Position numbers and translations under genes: made by a program | Assembly (NCBI GenBank): GCA_015523545.1 | Contig: WAKB01000001.1 | Location: 194,159 to 258,158 of the forward strand | Source: Candidatus Geothermarchaeota archaeon | GTDB taxonomy: Archaea; Thermoproteota; Nitrososphaeria; Geothermarchaeales; JDFR-13 | Direction of reading: 5' to 3' | DNA: 64,000 bases | Part shown: positions 39,711 through 49,218 of the stretch, in pieces | Position numbering within the stretch: position 1 is the first letter of the stretch | Layout: each line of letters begins with the position of its first letter | The notes under the pieces: generated by a model | Told to the model about the DNA's origin: nothing | The model's input: the letters and a program-made list of their open reading frames with translations, nothing else | Databases searched by the model: none

Positions 39711-40658
39711 ATGGGATTACAGATAATTGATGGGATGACCTCAGGAGTAGGGCTAGTCAGGACTGAGAAGCTGAACAAGTACTTCGGCAGGGTACATGCC
39801 TTAAGGGACGTCACTATAACGATTGGGGGCGGCATAACAGGTGTAATAGGCCCCAACGGCGCTGGGAAGACTACATTGATGAATATCGTGGTTGGCCTGG
39901 TCAGGCCCAGCAGCGGTGAGGTGGAGGTCTTCGGCATGGATCCATGGAGCGAGGGGAGTATGGTTAGGGATAGGCTGGGCCTACTCCTAGAGGATATGGA
40001 GCTTCCTAGACGGTTTACGGGTAGGAGGTTTATAAAGTTCCTCTCAGACCTCTACGGGGTATCGATGGATAGCCTCATGGATATGGTTAGATACTTCGAG
40101 ATGGAGTATGCATTGGATAGGGAGATATCGACATATTCCGCGGGCATGCTTAAGAGGATGGGACTAATAAACGCCTTCGCAAACCCCGAGGCAGAACTCG
40201 TAATGCTGGACGAGCCATCCGCAAACCTCGACATAGGTAGTAGGCTGAAGGTAATGGACTATATCAAGCAGATAAGGAGGGAGAGGAACGTGGTGATAGC
40301 GTCCCACATACTCCCAGAGCTCGAGGAGGTGTGTGACTGGGTGATACTGATAAACAGGGGACGCGTAGTGGAGTCTAAGAGGCTAGCCCACTACTATGAG
40401 GCTATGAAGCCGTATAGATACGTCGTGACATCCAACAATAACGAGGCCCTCTATAGGCTGCTTGAGGGGATAGATACAATAGATAACTACTGGGTGGAGG
40501 GGGGCAGGATAGGCCTCGAGACCAAGGAGCCAAACAAGACACTCAGGATACTAGTGGAGACCGCCGAACAGAACGGAATAGAGATATATGAGTTCAAACC
40601 AGCGGAGGACATACTCACAAGGATCTTCAGGGAGAAGATATACTCGGAGCAGGCCTGA
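39711..40658 (+). CDS. ABC transporter ATP-binding protein (ABC-2/drug-exporter type)
   Basis: 315 aa. GPNGAGKTT (Walker A), YSAGMLKRMG (signature), LVMLDEPSANLD (Walker B), plus an extra C-terminal domain. Confidence 0.85.
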   Translation: MGLQIIDGMTSGVGLVRTEKLNKYFGRVHALRDVTITIGGGITGVIGPNGAGKTTLMNIVVGLVRPSSGEVEVFGMDPWSEGSMVRDRLGLLLEDMELPRRFTGRRFIKFLSDLYGVSMDSLMDMVRYFEMEYALDREISTYSAGMLKRMGLINAFANPEAELVMLDEPSANLDIGSRLKVMDYIKQIRRERNVVIASHILPELEEVCDWVILINRGRVVESKRLAHYYEAMKPYRYVVTSNNNEALYRLLEGIDTIDNYWVEGGRIGLETKEPNKTLRILVETAEQNGIEIYEFKPAEDILTRIFREKIYSEQA

Positions 40659-40666
40659 GGAGAGGG

Positions 40667-41584
40667 TCAGCTCCTAAGCCTCCTAACAATCCTCACCACA
40701 ACATATATGAGGAGCATTATCAAAGCTAATGGCAGTAGGCCAAATAGGAGGCCTAGCAAGGGGTTCACCAGACTCAGTGCTCTCTGTGTCCTAGTGAACA
40801 TAAATAACAGCCCCTCAAAACTTAGAATCGGCAACTCGCTTAGCGGTAGATTAGTATCTAGGAGAGACAGTCCAACCATAACGAATAAGTCACGCTCTAT
40901 AAGCTCTGGGAGGAACGACATACAGCTATAGGCCACACCCGAGGCAGCATCAAAACTACACGTGAACATCTGACTGATGTCGATAGTTACATCGAGCTCC
41001 GGATATGAGATATATATCTCCATGAATACTGTGAACTCAAAGGCCCTGTAATACCAATCCCGATGATTTATTGAACCCACCTCAGAAACCTCAATATCGA
41101 CTACACTAGCGTTGAACCTGTCCATATATATCGCGTACTCACCCCTAGAAAGATCCTCGGCCTTGAAGACATCTACAAATGTTAGGAAGGGCATCTTCCC
41201 CCAGGGAAGCACAATATAGTGGCCCCTCCTATCAACGGTGAAACGCCCAGCAAGAATATCTAGAACCTCCATATCTCGTGATAGACTCTCGATCTCATAC
41301 CGGATAACCAGGGAATCCACACTTATATCCTCAACAACATAGGTAAGCCTAAACCTCCTATCAACCAGACCCTCATTAACATCATACAAGTCCTTCAAGA
41401 CACCAGAAGGTACAGTTTCTGTGGAGAGGGGAATCACGTCACTTACAGTGAGACTATACACTACGTAGGAGCCTTCAGAGAGGTATGGCATACCATCCAA
41501 GCCATTCTCCGCAAATACGGGGAAAGAGAACAGCAGGAGGAGGGCCGAAACAATTCCCAAGAAACGGTTAAAGCGGTACATCAC
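40667..41584 (-). CDS. Hypothetical exported protein with C-terminal membrane anchor
   Basis: 305 aa. N-terminal signal-like LLLLFSFPVFA and C-terminal TM helix plus RIVRRLRS. It lies on the opposite strand between the ABC ATPase and permease genes. Confidence 0.45.
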   Translation of the reverse strand: MMYRFNRFLGIVSALLLLFSFPVFAENGLDGMPYLSEGSYVVYSLTVSDVIPLSTETVPSGVLKDLYDVNEGLVDRRFRLTYVVEDISVDSLVIRYEIESLSRDMEVLDILAGRFTVDRRGHYIVLPWGKMPFLTFVDVFKAEDLSRGEYAIYMDRFNASVVDIEVSEVGSINHRDWYYRAFEFTVFMEIYISYPELDVTIDISQMFTCSFDAASGVAYSCMSFLPELIERDLFVMVGLSLLDTNLPLSELPILSFEGLLFMFTRTQRALSLVNPLLGLLFGLLPLALIMLLIYVVVRIVRRLRS

Positions 41585-41994
41585 CCACTACTCCCCTCGA
41601 TGTCAACCGATCCATCTCATATCTAGATACCCCAGCCTCTCAACACTGGGAATTAGTGGATAGGCTAACACACAGGTATTCCTACATATATTCCTCGCGA
41701 TACACGATAGGAGTGTAGCCCGGCTAATTAGAGACTCGGCTTGTACACTGTATATCCTCATAAAATTATGTAGTGTAAGACTTAGCCTATAAGTATTATG
41801 GCATCACATATCACTAATGAAGGGTATTTACCAAATGGGTGTCTATCGTGTCTATAGGGATGTGGATCTCCTCATACACTGGAGTAGACGGAGATTATTC
41901 GGGACGTGGAGAGGGCTATTTAGGGGTTGCTGAGGTCCTGGGACATGGTGTGAAGGTGATTTGGTGTTGACTAGTTCTTAAGGGGTGTATATAG

Positions 41995-42843
41995 GTGAGG
42001 AGGGTTTTAACTCTGTTGAAGTACGAGTTGTTTAGCCAGAGTGTCTATCCCTACGCCTTCCTCGTAATGCTGATAGTCTTCGCGGCTACCTACTCCCCTG
42101 ATTTCAATAGGGGTATAGAGCTTCTGAGCCTCAGGGTGGTTGGTGGCGAACCGTCTGACGAGGTGTTGGAGAGGGCCATCCTATCGGGGTACCTGATCAA
42201 TCTGAAGACCTTCCATATCGATTTCTATGGTGGAGTATTCTCCCCCTGGATGGTCCTAGGCATCTCAGCGGCCTATGCCTTCTCCATATGTAGGGATCTG
42301 GGGAGGGAGAGGCTTAGATACATGCTATCCCTACCCATCAGGAGGTCCGAGTATCTCCTGGCAAAGATAGCCGTAGTGACCATCCTAGTCCTGGCATCCT
42401 ACTACCTATCCCTAGTAATGGTTTTAGGGCTTAGGTTCGGGTTTGGGGACATGGCCTACACCTACCCCTTGGTCTTCCTTAGGGATATAGCGATCGTCTC
42501 GAGCGCATCTATACTCGTCGCGGTGGCGACTAGGAACGACCTAGTCACAATATTCTCAGGAGTCATGGGTAAGTCGATCGTAGACTTCATATTCACCACC
42601 TACTTCGTGGGTGAGGAGGGCTACAACCTTATACACAGTATAGAGCCCTACTACTCAATGGGGATTATAGAGGTTGCTAGGGAGGTCGTCTCTGAACAAC
42701 CTATAAGGATCTTCCTACTGGATCCCGAGTCTATAGACAGGGCGATAACCAACTCCAACCTCTACACCACCTATGTAATCCTGGCCTCACTCCTATTCAT
42801 CGTAATAGCCCTAGCTATATTCAGCAGGAGGGAGGTGGACTAG
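41995..42843 (+). CDS. ABC-2-type permease-like polytopic membrane protein
   Basis: 282 aa with about 6 hydrophobic helices. GTG start. Context is the ABC ATPase 1.3 kb upstream. Confidence 0.5.
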   Translation: MRRVLTLLKYELFSQSVYPYAFLVMLIVFAATYSPDFNRGIELLSLRVVGGEPSDEVLERAILSGYLINLKTFHIDFYGGVFSPWMVLGISAAYAFSICRDLGRERLRYMLSLPIRRSEYLLAKIAVVTILVLASYYLSLVMVLGLRFGFGDMAYTYPLVFLRDIAIVSSASILVAVATRNDLVTIFSGVMGKSIVDFIFTTYFVGEEGYNLIHSIEPYYSMGIIEVAREVVSEQPIRIFLLDPESIDRAITNSNLYTTYVILASLLFIVIALAIFSRREVD

Positions 42844-43311
42844 ATGAGGATCCGTGACATAGGCCTAGTCCTAGTCCTGGCAGCAGTCACGATCCTGGTT
42901 ACACATATAGTTATAGCCGAGCCCCCAAACCTGAAGAAGGAGTACATATTTGAGCAGCCACCCGCGAGGTCGTCACACATCGTTGTTCTAGACATCCCTG
43001 CAAGAGACATATTCATAGAAGTAATTCCTGAGGGCAGGGTAGAGCTGAGGATATTCTACACCGAGACCGGTGAGACGATAATCGAGGAGACCCTGGAAGA
43101 CGTGGCACGCTACACACTCAGGCCCGACAAGTCTACACACCTCTCCATAGAGGTCATCCTAGACAGGGATGAGAGGGCAGCCCTAACCATCCTGATACAT
43201 GGGTTGAGGCGCGACCTGATCAACGCCTCAACCGTATTGCTTATGGCTGGCGCCCTGCTCTACCTAGGCTCTACACTCGTCTCCCGTAGATATGGCCTGG
43301 ACTGGCTGTAG
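42844..43311 (+). CDS. Bitopic membrane protein (N- and C-terminal TM helices, beta-rich middle)
   Basis: 155 aa. The ATG immediately follows the permease stop. Confidence 0.4.
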   Translation: MRIRDIGLVLVLAAVTILVTHIVIAEPPNLKKEYIFEQPPARSSHIVVLDIPARDIFIEVIPEGRVELRIFYTETGETIIEETLEDVARYTLRPDKSTHLSIEVILDRDERAALTILIHGLRRDLINASTVLLMAGALLYLGSTLVSRRYGLDWL

Positions 43312-43319
43312 CGTGGCTC

Positions 43320-44705
43320 CTAGAATGCCTCTATAATCTTGATCCTAGGGATCTCCTCACTAAGGATCGGGGCGACCTCCTTAAGGGCCTCGATAGTCTT
43401 CTCAATATCCTCCTCCGTATGCTGTACACTTATCGTCCACTGCTCGTCATAGCCCGGTGCAGTGGCCACCACACCCCTATTCATCATAGCTATGAAGTAG
43501 GCCCACCACATCCCCACATGGTTATACCTCAGGAAGTCATGCCAGTTCTTCACCTCGTTATCGGTGAAGAATACCGTTGCACTGTTCCCGAACACCTTTA
43601 TGTTGTGGGGGACACCAGCATCGCTAAGGACGTCGTCATAGGCCTTGGCCAACTCCTCATTCAGCCTGGCGCTCCTCTCCATAGCCTCCCTAGTCAACGC
43701 CTCTGTAAGCGTGGCTATAGCCGCGTCGACAGCCAATGGGTTGGAGTTGAAGGTCCCCGCATGGGGTATCTTACCCGGCCCAACCTCCTCCATGATCTCC
43801 TTCCTACCACCTATTATGGATAGTGGGTAGCCCCCTGCAACCGCCTTAGCCATCGTCTTCATATCAGGCCTGACGCCATAGTACTCCTCAGCCCCGCCGT
43901 AGAGCTTACCAGAGGTCTTGACCTCGTCGAAGATCAGGATAACTCCGTACTCGTCGCAGAGCCTCCTCAGACCCCACATAAACTCCTTATCCGCAGGTAC
44001 AAGCCCGATATTCATGGCCACAGGCTCTAGGATAACGGCTGCAACCTCGTCGGGATGCTCCGACAGGAGGATCTCGACACTCTCCAGATCATTGAACTGT
44101 GCCACCAGTGTATCCTCCACAGCCAGGTCTGGAATGCCCGGCCCACTCTTAGGCCTGGCAGGATACTTGACATGGCCAGCCGCATATATGTTCGGCTTCG
44201 TACCCACCAGGACATAGTCGTGGCTACCATGGTAGTGCCCGAGGAACTTTATGATCTTATCCCTACCCGTATAGCCACGGGCGATCCTGATTGCGTGGAG
44301 AGTGGCCTCCAGACCGGTAGACTGGAACCTAACCATCTCCACGTTGAACCTCCTACGCACTATCTCCGCCAATTCATAGACCCTCTCATACTCGAAGCCC
44401 AGGATCGTCCCGTTAACTATCCTCTCCTTGACAGCCTCGACCACGGCTGGATGGTTATGCCCAGCCACCAGTACGCCGAAGGCGAGGTTATAGTCTATAT
44501 ACTCGTTCCCATCTGCGTCGAATATCTTTGAACCCCTACCACTGGAGAAGTATACTGGGTAGGGCTCCCAAGCCCTATAGTTACTGTTCACACCATAGGG
44601 TATCAGTGGAGCCGTCTTCCCAAATATCTCCCTTGACTTCTTAGTCCTCTCTCTGAAGACCTCGAGCTCCCTCTGAACAGCCTCTGGGAGACCACTCATA
44701 GACAA
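43320..44705 (-). CDS. Class-III PLP aminotransferase, glutamate-1-semialdehyde aminomutase (HemL)-like
   Basis: 461 aa. FQSTGLEAT, IFDEVKTSGKLYGG, MAKAVAGGYPLS. Confidence 0.75.
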   Translation of the reverse strand: MSMSGLPEAVQRELEVFRERTKKSREIFGKTAPLIPYGVNSNYRAWEPYPVYFSSGRGSKIFDADGNEYIDYNLAFGVLVAGHNHPAVVEAVKERIVNGTILGFEYERVYELAEIVRRRFNVEMVRFQSTGLEATLHAIRIARGYTGRDKIIKFLGHYHGSHDYVLVGTKPNIYAAGHVKYPARPKSGPGIPDLAVEDTLVAQFNDLESVEILLSEHPDEVAAVILEPVAMNIGLVPADKEFMWGLRRLCDEYGVILIFDEVKTSGKLYGGAEEYYGVRPDMKTMAKAVAGGYPLSIIGGRKEIMEEVGPGKIPHAGTFNSNPLAVDAAIATLTEALTREAMERSARLNEELAKAYDDVLSDAGVPHNIKVFGNSATVFFTDNEVKNWHDFLRYNHVGMWWAYFIAMMNRGVVATAPGYDEQWTISVQHTEEDIEKTIEALKEVAPILSEEIPRIKIIEAF

Positions 44706-44755
44706 CGGTTTTGTGAGATAGGGCTAAATATATATAGGTTTAAACCTGGGAGGCA

Positions 44756-46006
44756 CTACTCCCTCATCACCTCCTTCTCGACCTCTACACCGGCCTCCCT
44801 GATAACCTTCTCGAAAAACATGCCTAGACGCTTCACACCCTCCCTAATAGTGTCCGGAGTCGGTAGGCTAAAGCTTAGGCGGAGGGTATTCTTACCCGAC
44901 CCATCAGCATAGAAGCCCTCTCCAGGGACATAGGCAACCTTAACCTCCTCTATCGCCCTGTAGAGCAGCTCCATAGCATCAAGACCCCTAGGCAGGTATG
45001 TGAAGAAGAAGAACCCTGCATCAGGCTCAACCCAGTCAATAGAGCTAGGCATATACTCCCTCATAGCCTCGGCCATCGCATCCCTCTTGACACTATAGAT
45101 CTCCCTTATCCTATCGATGTTAGAATCTATCCACCTGTTACGCAGGAAATACTCGACCACAAGCTGGTTGAAGGGAGGTGCACATAAGGTGGTTCCCTGC
45201 TTAGCCAGGACAACCCTCCTAACCACCTCCTCAGGCCCAGCTAGCCAACCTAGCCTAAAACCAGGTGCAAAGATCTTGCTGAAGGTCGATATATAGATAA
45301 CCCTATCTCCACCATCCAGGGTTATGAGGCGAGGCGGCACCCTATCATAGGTTATGAAGCCATAGGGATCATCCTCCACTATATAGAAGTCATATCTATC
45401 CGCGAGCTCTAGGAGGTGCTTCCTCCTATCGAGGGGCATGACACTCCCCAGAGGGTTGTGTCCGGTCGGTATGGTGTAGACAAACTTGAGGTAGCCCCCA
45501 TCGCTATAGAGCCTACGAAGCTTCTTCTCAAGGGCGTGTACATCCATACCCTTCTTATCAGTGGGGACGGTTATGTAGCGGGGTTTCCAGATGTTAAACA
45601 CCTGTAGAGCCGCTATATAGGTGGGGAGCTCAACAGCGACCCAGCTATTCCTATCGAGAAAGAGCCTAGCAATAACGTCTAGGCTCTCCTGACTCCCCAC
45701 GGAGACGACTATATTCTCTGGCGATAGCTTGACACTCATCATCCTAAGCATAAAGGCCGCTATCTGCTTCCTGAAGGAGGGGAGACCCTCCGTAGTACCA
45801 TACTGGAAAGCCTTCTCATAATTGGTGAGGGCATACTCAACAGCCTCCTGGAAATTCTCAACCCGTGGAAAAGTCTTGGGGTCGGGAGCCCCACCGGCAA
45901 AGCTGATCACGTCCTGCTGGAGGAAGCTGAGGAGCTCACGTATAATGTTAGACCTCATCCCCTGCATCTGCTCCGAGAGGAATTTCTCATTCAAGTCGCG
46001 ACTCAT
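44756..46006 (-). CDS. Class I/II PLP aminotransferase (2-aminoadipate/aromatic ARO8-LysN type)
   Basis: 416 aa. TGHNPLGSVM, VEDDPYG, STFSKIFAPGFRLGW (PLP lysine). Confidence 0.8.
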   Translation of the reverse strand: MSRDLNEKFLSEQMQGMRSNIIRELLSFLQQDVISFAGGAPDPKTFPRVENFQEAVEYALTNYEKAFQYGTTEGLPSFRKQIAAFMLRMMSVKLSPENIVVSVGSQESLDVIARLFLDRNSWVAVELPTYIAALQVFNIWKPRYITVPTDKKGMDVHALEKKLRRLYSDGGYLKFVYTIPTGHNPLGSVMPLDRRKHLLELADRYDFYIVEDDPYGFITYDRVPPRLITLDGGDRVIYISTFSKIFAPGFRLGWLAGPEEVVRRVVLAKQGTTLCAPPFNQLVVEYFLRNRWIDSNIDRIREIYSVKRDAMAEAMREYMPSSIDWVEPDAGFFFFTYLPRGLDAMELLYRAIEEVKVAYVPGEGFYADGSGKNTLRLSFSLPTPDTIREGVKRLGMFFEKVIREAGVEVEKEVMRE

Positions 46007-46070
46007 CTCACAAACTATATTTAACCCATACCGAATTAAAGTGGCGTCCCAACAGTATATACTTAATATA

Positions 46071-46134
46071 GTGATGAGGATAGGTCTGACTGAGCCCCCT
46101 CGACAGGGGCGTTGATGACGCTTGGCTTCACTGA
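46071..46134 (+). ncRNA. C/D box sRNA candidate (2'-O-methylation guide)
   Basis: Order of elements: GUGAUGA (C, 46071-77), 12 nt GGAUAGGUCUGA, CUGA (D', 46090-93), an 18-nt spacer with GCCCC/GGGGC hairpin, UUGAUGA (C', 46112-18), 12 nt CGCUUGGCUUCA, CUGA (D, 46131-34). It sits in the 130-nt gap between two minus-strand genes. Confidence 0.55.
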
Positions 46135-46136
46135 TG

Positions 46137-47444
46137 CTAGAGCCTCATCAGGGAGAAGAGCCACGCAGGCAGCGCCCAGACCTCTATATCGCCATACCTA
46201 TGGACCTCCATAGTCTCCCTAACTACTAGGAAGCCCCAGTCACCACCCAGCCTCCTAAGGGCATTAGCCACCTTCTTAACATCCCTCTTACTAGCCCTCT
46301 TCACATACCTGACCAGTATAGGTATATAGCCCTGGTCAGACTCGTAGACCAGGACTGCGGAGCCGCTCGCCCTCTTCATATACGCCTTCACACCCCTCTC
46401 CATTATGATGTGGCTCTCCACAACAGCGCTCATAAAGGCCTCGTCATCCATCATCTCAGGGTGTAGAGCAAGTGGATAGGCAGGGGTATAGGGATAGATC
46501 CTAGGCATCTTACGACTCTCCTGGCCACGCCCAACCATATGCTTAATAGTCCTGATCATGAATGCATGCTCAAGACTCTTGACATAGCTAGTCACAGTCC
46601 TGATATCCTTACCAATAGCCTCGGCCAACTCGTTATAGTTCACCTGGATACCGGGCTCGTAGCAGAGCATGGTGAGGAGCTTATCAGCTATCTTAGGCTT
46701 CTTCCTCCTACCCGCCCTGGGGAGATACTTATATATCTGGGTATCCATCATCACCTTCAGCCAGTTCCTAACACCACTATCGTCAACCGATAGGTCGAGC
46801 CTCGGGAAGCCTCCCCTGATGAGGTACTTCGTGTAGAGGACGTCATAGTCCAGATGCTCTATATAGAAGTCCCTAACACTATAGATATCCCTCTCGAGGA
46901 GGGGAGCCTCGAAATCATGATACTCTAGGAACTCCCTGAAGCTGAGCGGTGGAAGCTGGTATACAACGGTCTCAACACCCCAGTCAATCTCCCTGTTCGG
47001 GAGGTAGCTAGAGACAAGGACCATGTGGATATTCTTAACATCACCCCTAGCCATCAACTCCCTGATCACGGATTCACAGTCAGGCATGAGGAGGAACTCG
47101 TCTATGAAGACATAGATATCCTCACCGGTACGTATCTTCTCGAAGAAGTAGTTGATCGCCTCGAAGGGCGAATAGCCCTCCTGGTCACAGGGGACATGAA
47201 CCATAGAGGTGCCGGGCACAACCTGGGCAAGCTCATCCATCAAATACTTTATTAGAGTCGTCTTACCCACGCCCAAGGGGCCATATATTATGACGAGCCT
47301 CCTCTCAAGGACGTCTCGGAGGATCTTCTTGAAGACCTCCCTCCTATAGGCTACATGAGTCAATATACTCCTACCCTCCCACTGGACATTGTCCCTCTGG
47401 ATACCTGAGAGGGACATGTCATCCCTCCTCATCCCAGGAGACAC
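46137..47444 (-). CDS. AAA+ ATPase of the COG1373/DUF4143 type
   Basis: 435 aa. IIYGPLGVGKTTL (Walker A), YVFIDEF (Walker B), wHTH-like C-terminal half. Confidence 0.65.
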   Translation of the reverse strand: MSPGMRRDDMSLSGIQRDNVQWEGRSILTHVAYRREVFKKILRDVLERRLVIIYGPLGVGKTTLIKYLMDELAQVVPGTSMVHVPCDQEGYSPFEAINYFFEKIRTGEDIYVFIDEFLLMPDCESVIRELMARGDVKNIHMVLVSSYLPNREIDWGVETVVYQLPPLSFREFLEYHDFEAPLLERDIYSVRDFYIEHLDYDVLYTKYLIRGGFPRLDLSVDDSGVRNWLKVMMDTQIYKYLPRAGRRKKPKIADKLLTMLCYEPGIQVNYNELAEAIGKDIRTVTSYVKSLEHAFMIRTIKHMVGRGQESRKMPRIYPYTPAYPLALHPEMMDDEAFMSAVVESHIIMERGVKAYMKRASGSAVLVYESDQGYIPILVRYVKRASKRDVKKVANALRRLGGDWGFLVVRETMEVHRYGDIEVWALPAWLFSLMRL

Positions 47445-47532
47445 CCATATCTTGTAAGGCTGCCGCAGGATATAATTTAAAAACGTGGAGGAGCCAAACT
47501 AAATACGTCTCCCTCCCCCCAGGTGTATAGAC

Positions 47533-48096
47533 ATGCCCTATATAGAGGTTGACGACCCCTTCTACAGAGTCCTACATCCCAGGCCCGCATACCTAATAGT
47601 TAGTGGGCGTGGAGAGGACGTCAATATAATGGCGGCTAGCTGGGTAATGCCCATAAGCGAGGAGCCATGGACAGTCGGCCTAGCCCTAGACCGCGAGACC
47701 TACACCTATGGACTCGTCAAGAAGTATGGAGAGTTCACGGTAAACGTCGTCACCATCGATGAGGTGGACCTAGTATACTATGTCGGCCACGTCAGCAAGT
47801 ATGAGGTCGACAAGATCAAGGAGAGGGGGATAGAGCTAGAGCCCTCAAAAGAGGTTGAGACGCCCCACTACAAGGGGGCGATTGGATACCTGGAGTGTAG
47901 AGTAGCAAAGATGATACCCGTGGGCGAGGTAGACCTAGTCATAGGTGAAGTACTCGGTGCATATGCGAAGGAGGAGCTCTTCACCCGCTACGGCTGGGAC
48001 CTAAGGAGAACCAAGATCCTGATGCAGAACATTGGGAGGGGCTTCACAACCAACGAGTCTAGGGTCTACTACGCCTCCAAAGGTGGGAAGGAGTGA
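47533..48096 (+). CDS. Flavin reductase-like FMN-binding domain protein
   Basis: 187 aa. RPAYLIVSG...NIMAASWVMPIS...GEFTVNV is the typical flavin-reductase-domain pattern. Confidence 0.7.
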   Translation: MPYIEVDDPFYRVLHPRPAYLIVSGRGEDVNIMAASWVMPISEEPWTVGLALDRETYTYGLVKKYGEFTVNVVTIDEVDLVYYVGHVSKYEVDKIKERGIELEPSKEVETPHYKGAIGYLECRVAKMIPVGEVDLVIGEVLGAYAKEELFTRYGWDLRRTKILMQNIGRGFTTNESRVYYASKGGKE

Positions 48097-49214
48097 AGTA
48101 TATAGAGACGATATTCAGCAACGTATCCAGCATACCGGCCGAGGAGATCAACCGGCTACACCGATCCCTACTAGAGGCGGATCTAGTGATACCCTACGGC
48201 TCGGGGAGGAGCTACTCATCACTAAAGATACCGATGAGCCAGTACGCGAAGCTGGACGACGCGCCTGTAGTCTTGACACCGGAGGACACCGGCTTCCCAG
48301 GGAACGACATGTTCGAGGCCCTAGAGAGACTTACAAAGAAGTATGACAAGATAGTCATGATCGTAAACTCTGGGAGCGGGGAGAGCTACGAGCCACTCGT
48401 ACTCGCAAGGGACTTCGCCAGCTACAGGGAGGAGAGGGGCCTCGAGGATAGGCTAGAGCTATACGTGGTCACCTCCAACCCCGGTAGTAGCCTAGGGAGG
48501 CTGGGGGAGAGGTATGGAGGGGTTATCCACCTACCTGGGGCGGAGCGGATAGAGATCGACTATCCAACAACAGGGATAATGGGCGACGTGTTCGAGCTGG
48601 GCAGCCTACTACTATTCCACACACTAGTGAGGATGAGGTACGAGGGGGTGGATAGCCATAGAACAATTCTAGACTCCTACATATCAAGGATAAGGGAGCT
48701 GATCGAGGAGCATGTAGAGTCGGAGGAGTATTCAAGGGTCCTAGACATACTAGAGAGGAGGAGCAACGTCTTCATAGGGGGTAGGGGGAGCGCCTACGAA
48801 GTGGCTACCATGCTCGTCATCAGGCTGAACCACATTAAATACGCTATTGGTGACCACGTGTATAGGGCTAGGGGTTCAAACACGCCTAGGCCTCGGAAAG
48901 GGGACCTAGGCATACTAATATCATGCAGCGGCGAGACACCAGCGGTGATAAAATGGGCGGAGGACTTCACCAGGATAGGGATAGACATCTTCTCCATAAT
49001 AGGTAGGAGAGGCTCCACACTGGAGAGATACACAAAGTACTGCATAGTACTAACCGAGTGTGAGGGCTACAGGATGGGCGTCCCCAGAGACTTCTACCTC
49101 TACGCCTCCTTCCTCCTAAGCCCACTACCAATAAAGCTGATAACCAGGCTCAAGGAGAGGGGTCTAGTACTTCCCGAGTCGATACTGAAGTACTACCACA
49201 GCATCATGGAGTAG
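48093..49214 (+). CDS. Double SIS-domain sugar-phosphate isomerase/binding protein
   Basis: 373 aa. YGSGRS and VNSGSGES in the first half, GGRGSAYEVA and ILISCSGETPAV in the second. The GTG start overlaps the upstream stop (GTGA). Confidence 0.5.
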   Translation: MKYIETIFSNVSSIPAEEINRLHRSLLEADLVIPYGSGRSYSSLKIPMSQYAKLDDAPVVLTPEDTGFPGNDMFEALERLTKKYDKIVMIVNSGSGESYEPLVLARDFASYREERGLEDRLELYVVTSNPGSSLGRLGERYGGVIHLPGAERIEIDYPTTGIMGDVFELGSLLLFHTLVRMRYEGVDSHRTILDSYISRIRELIEEHVESEEYSRVLDILERRSNVFIGGRGSAYEVATMLVIRLNHIKYAIGDHVYRARGSNTPRPRKGDLGILISCSGETPAVIKWAEDFTRIGIDIFSIIGRRGSTLERYTKYCIVLTECEGYRMGVPRDFYLYASFLLSPLPIKLITRLKERGLVLPESILKYYHSIME

Positions 49215-49218
49215 CTGG

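Noticed and set aside
39587-39937. 116-aa minus-strand ORF spanning the ABC ATPase start.
   Set aside because: It is the antisense of the Walker A region (FPAPLGP is the classic complement signature), and the rest falls in stop-rich AT-rich spacer.
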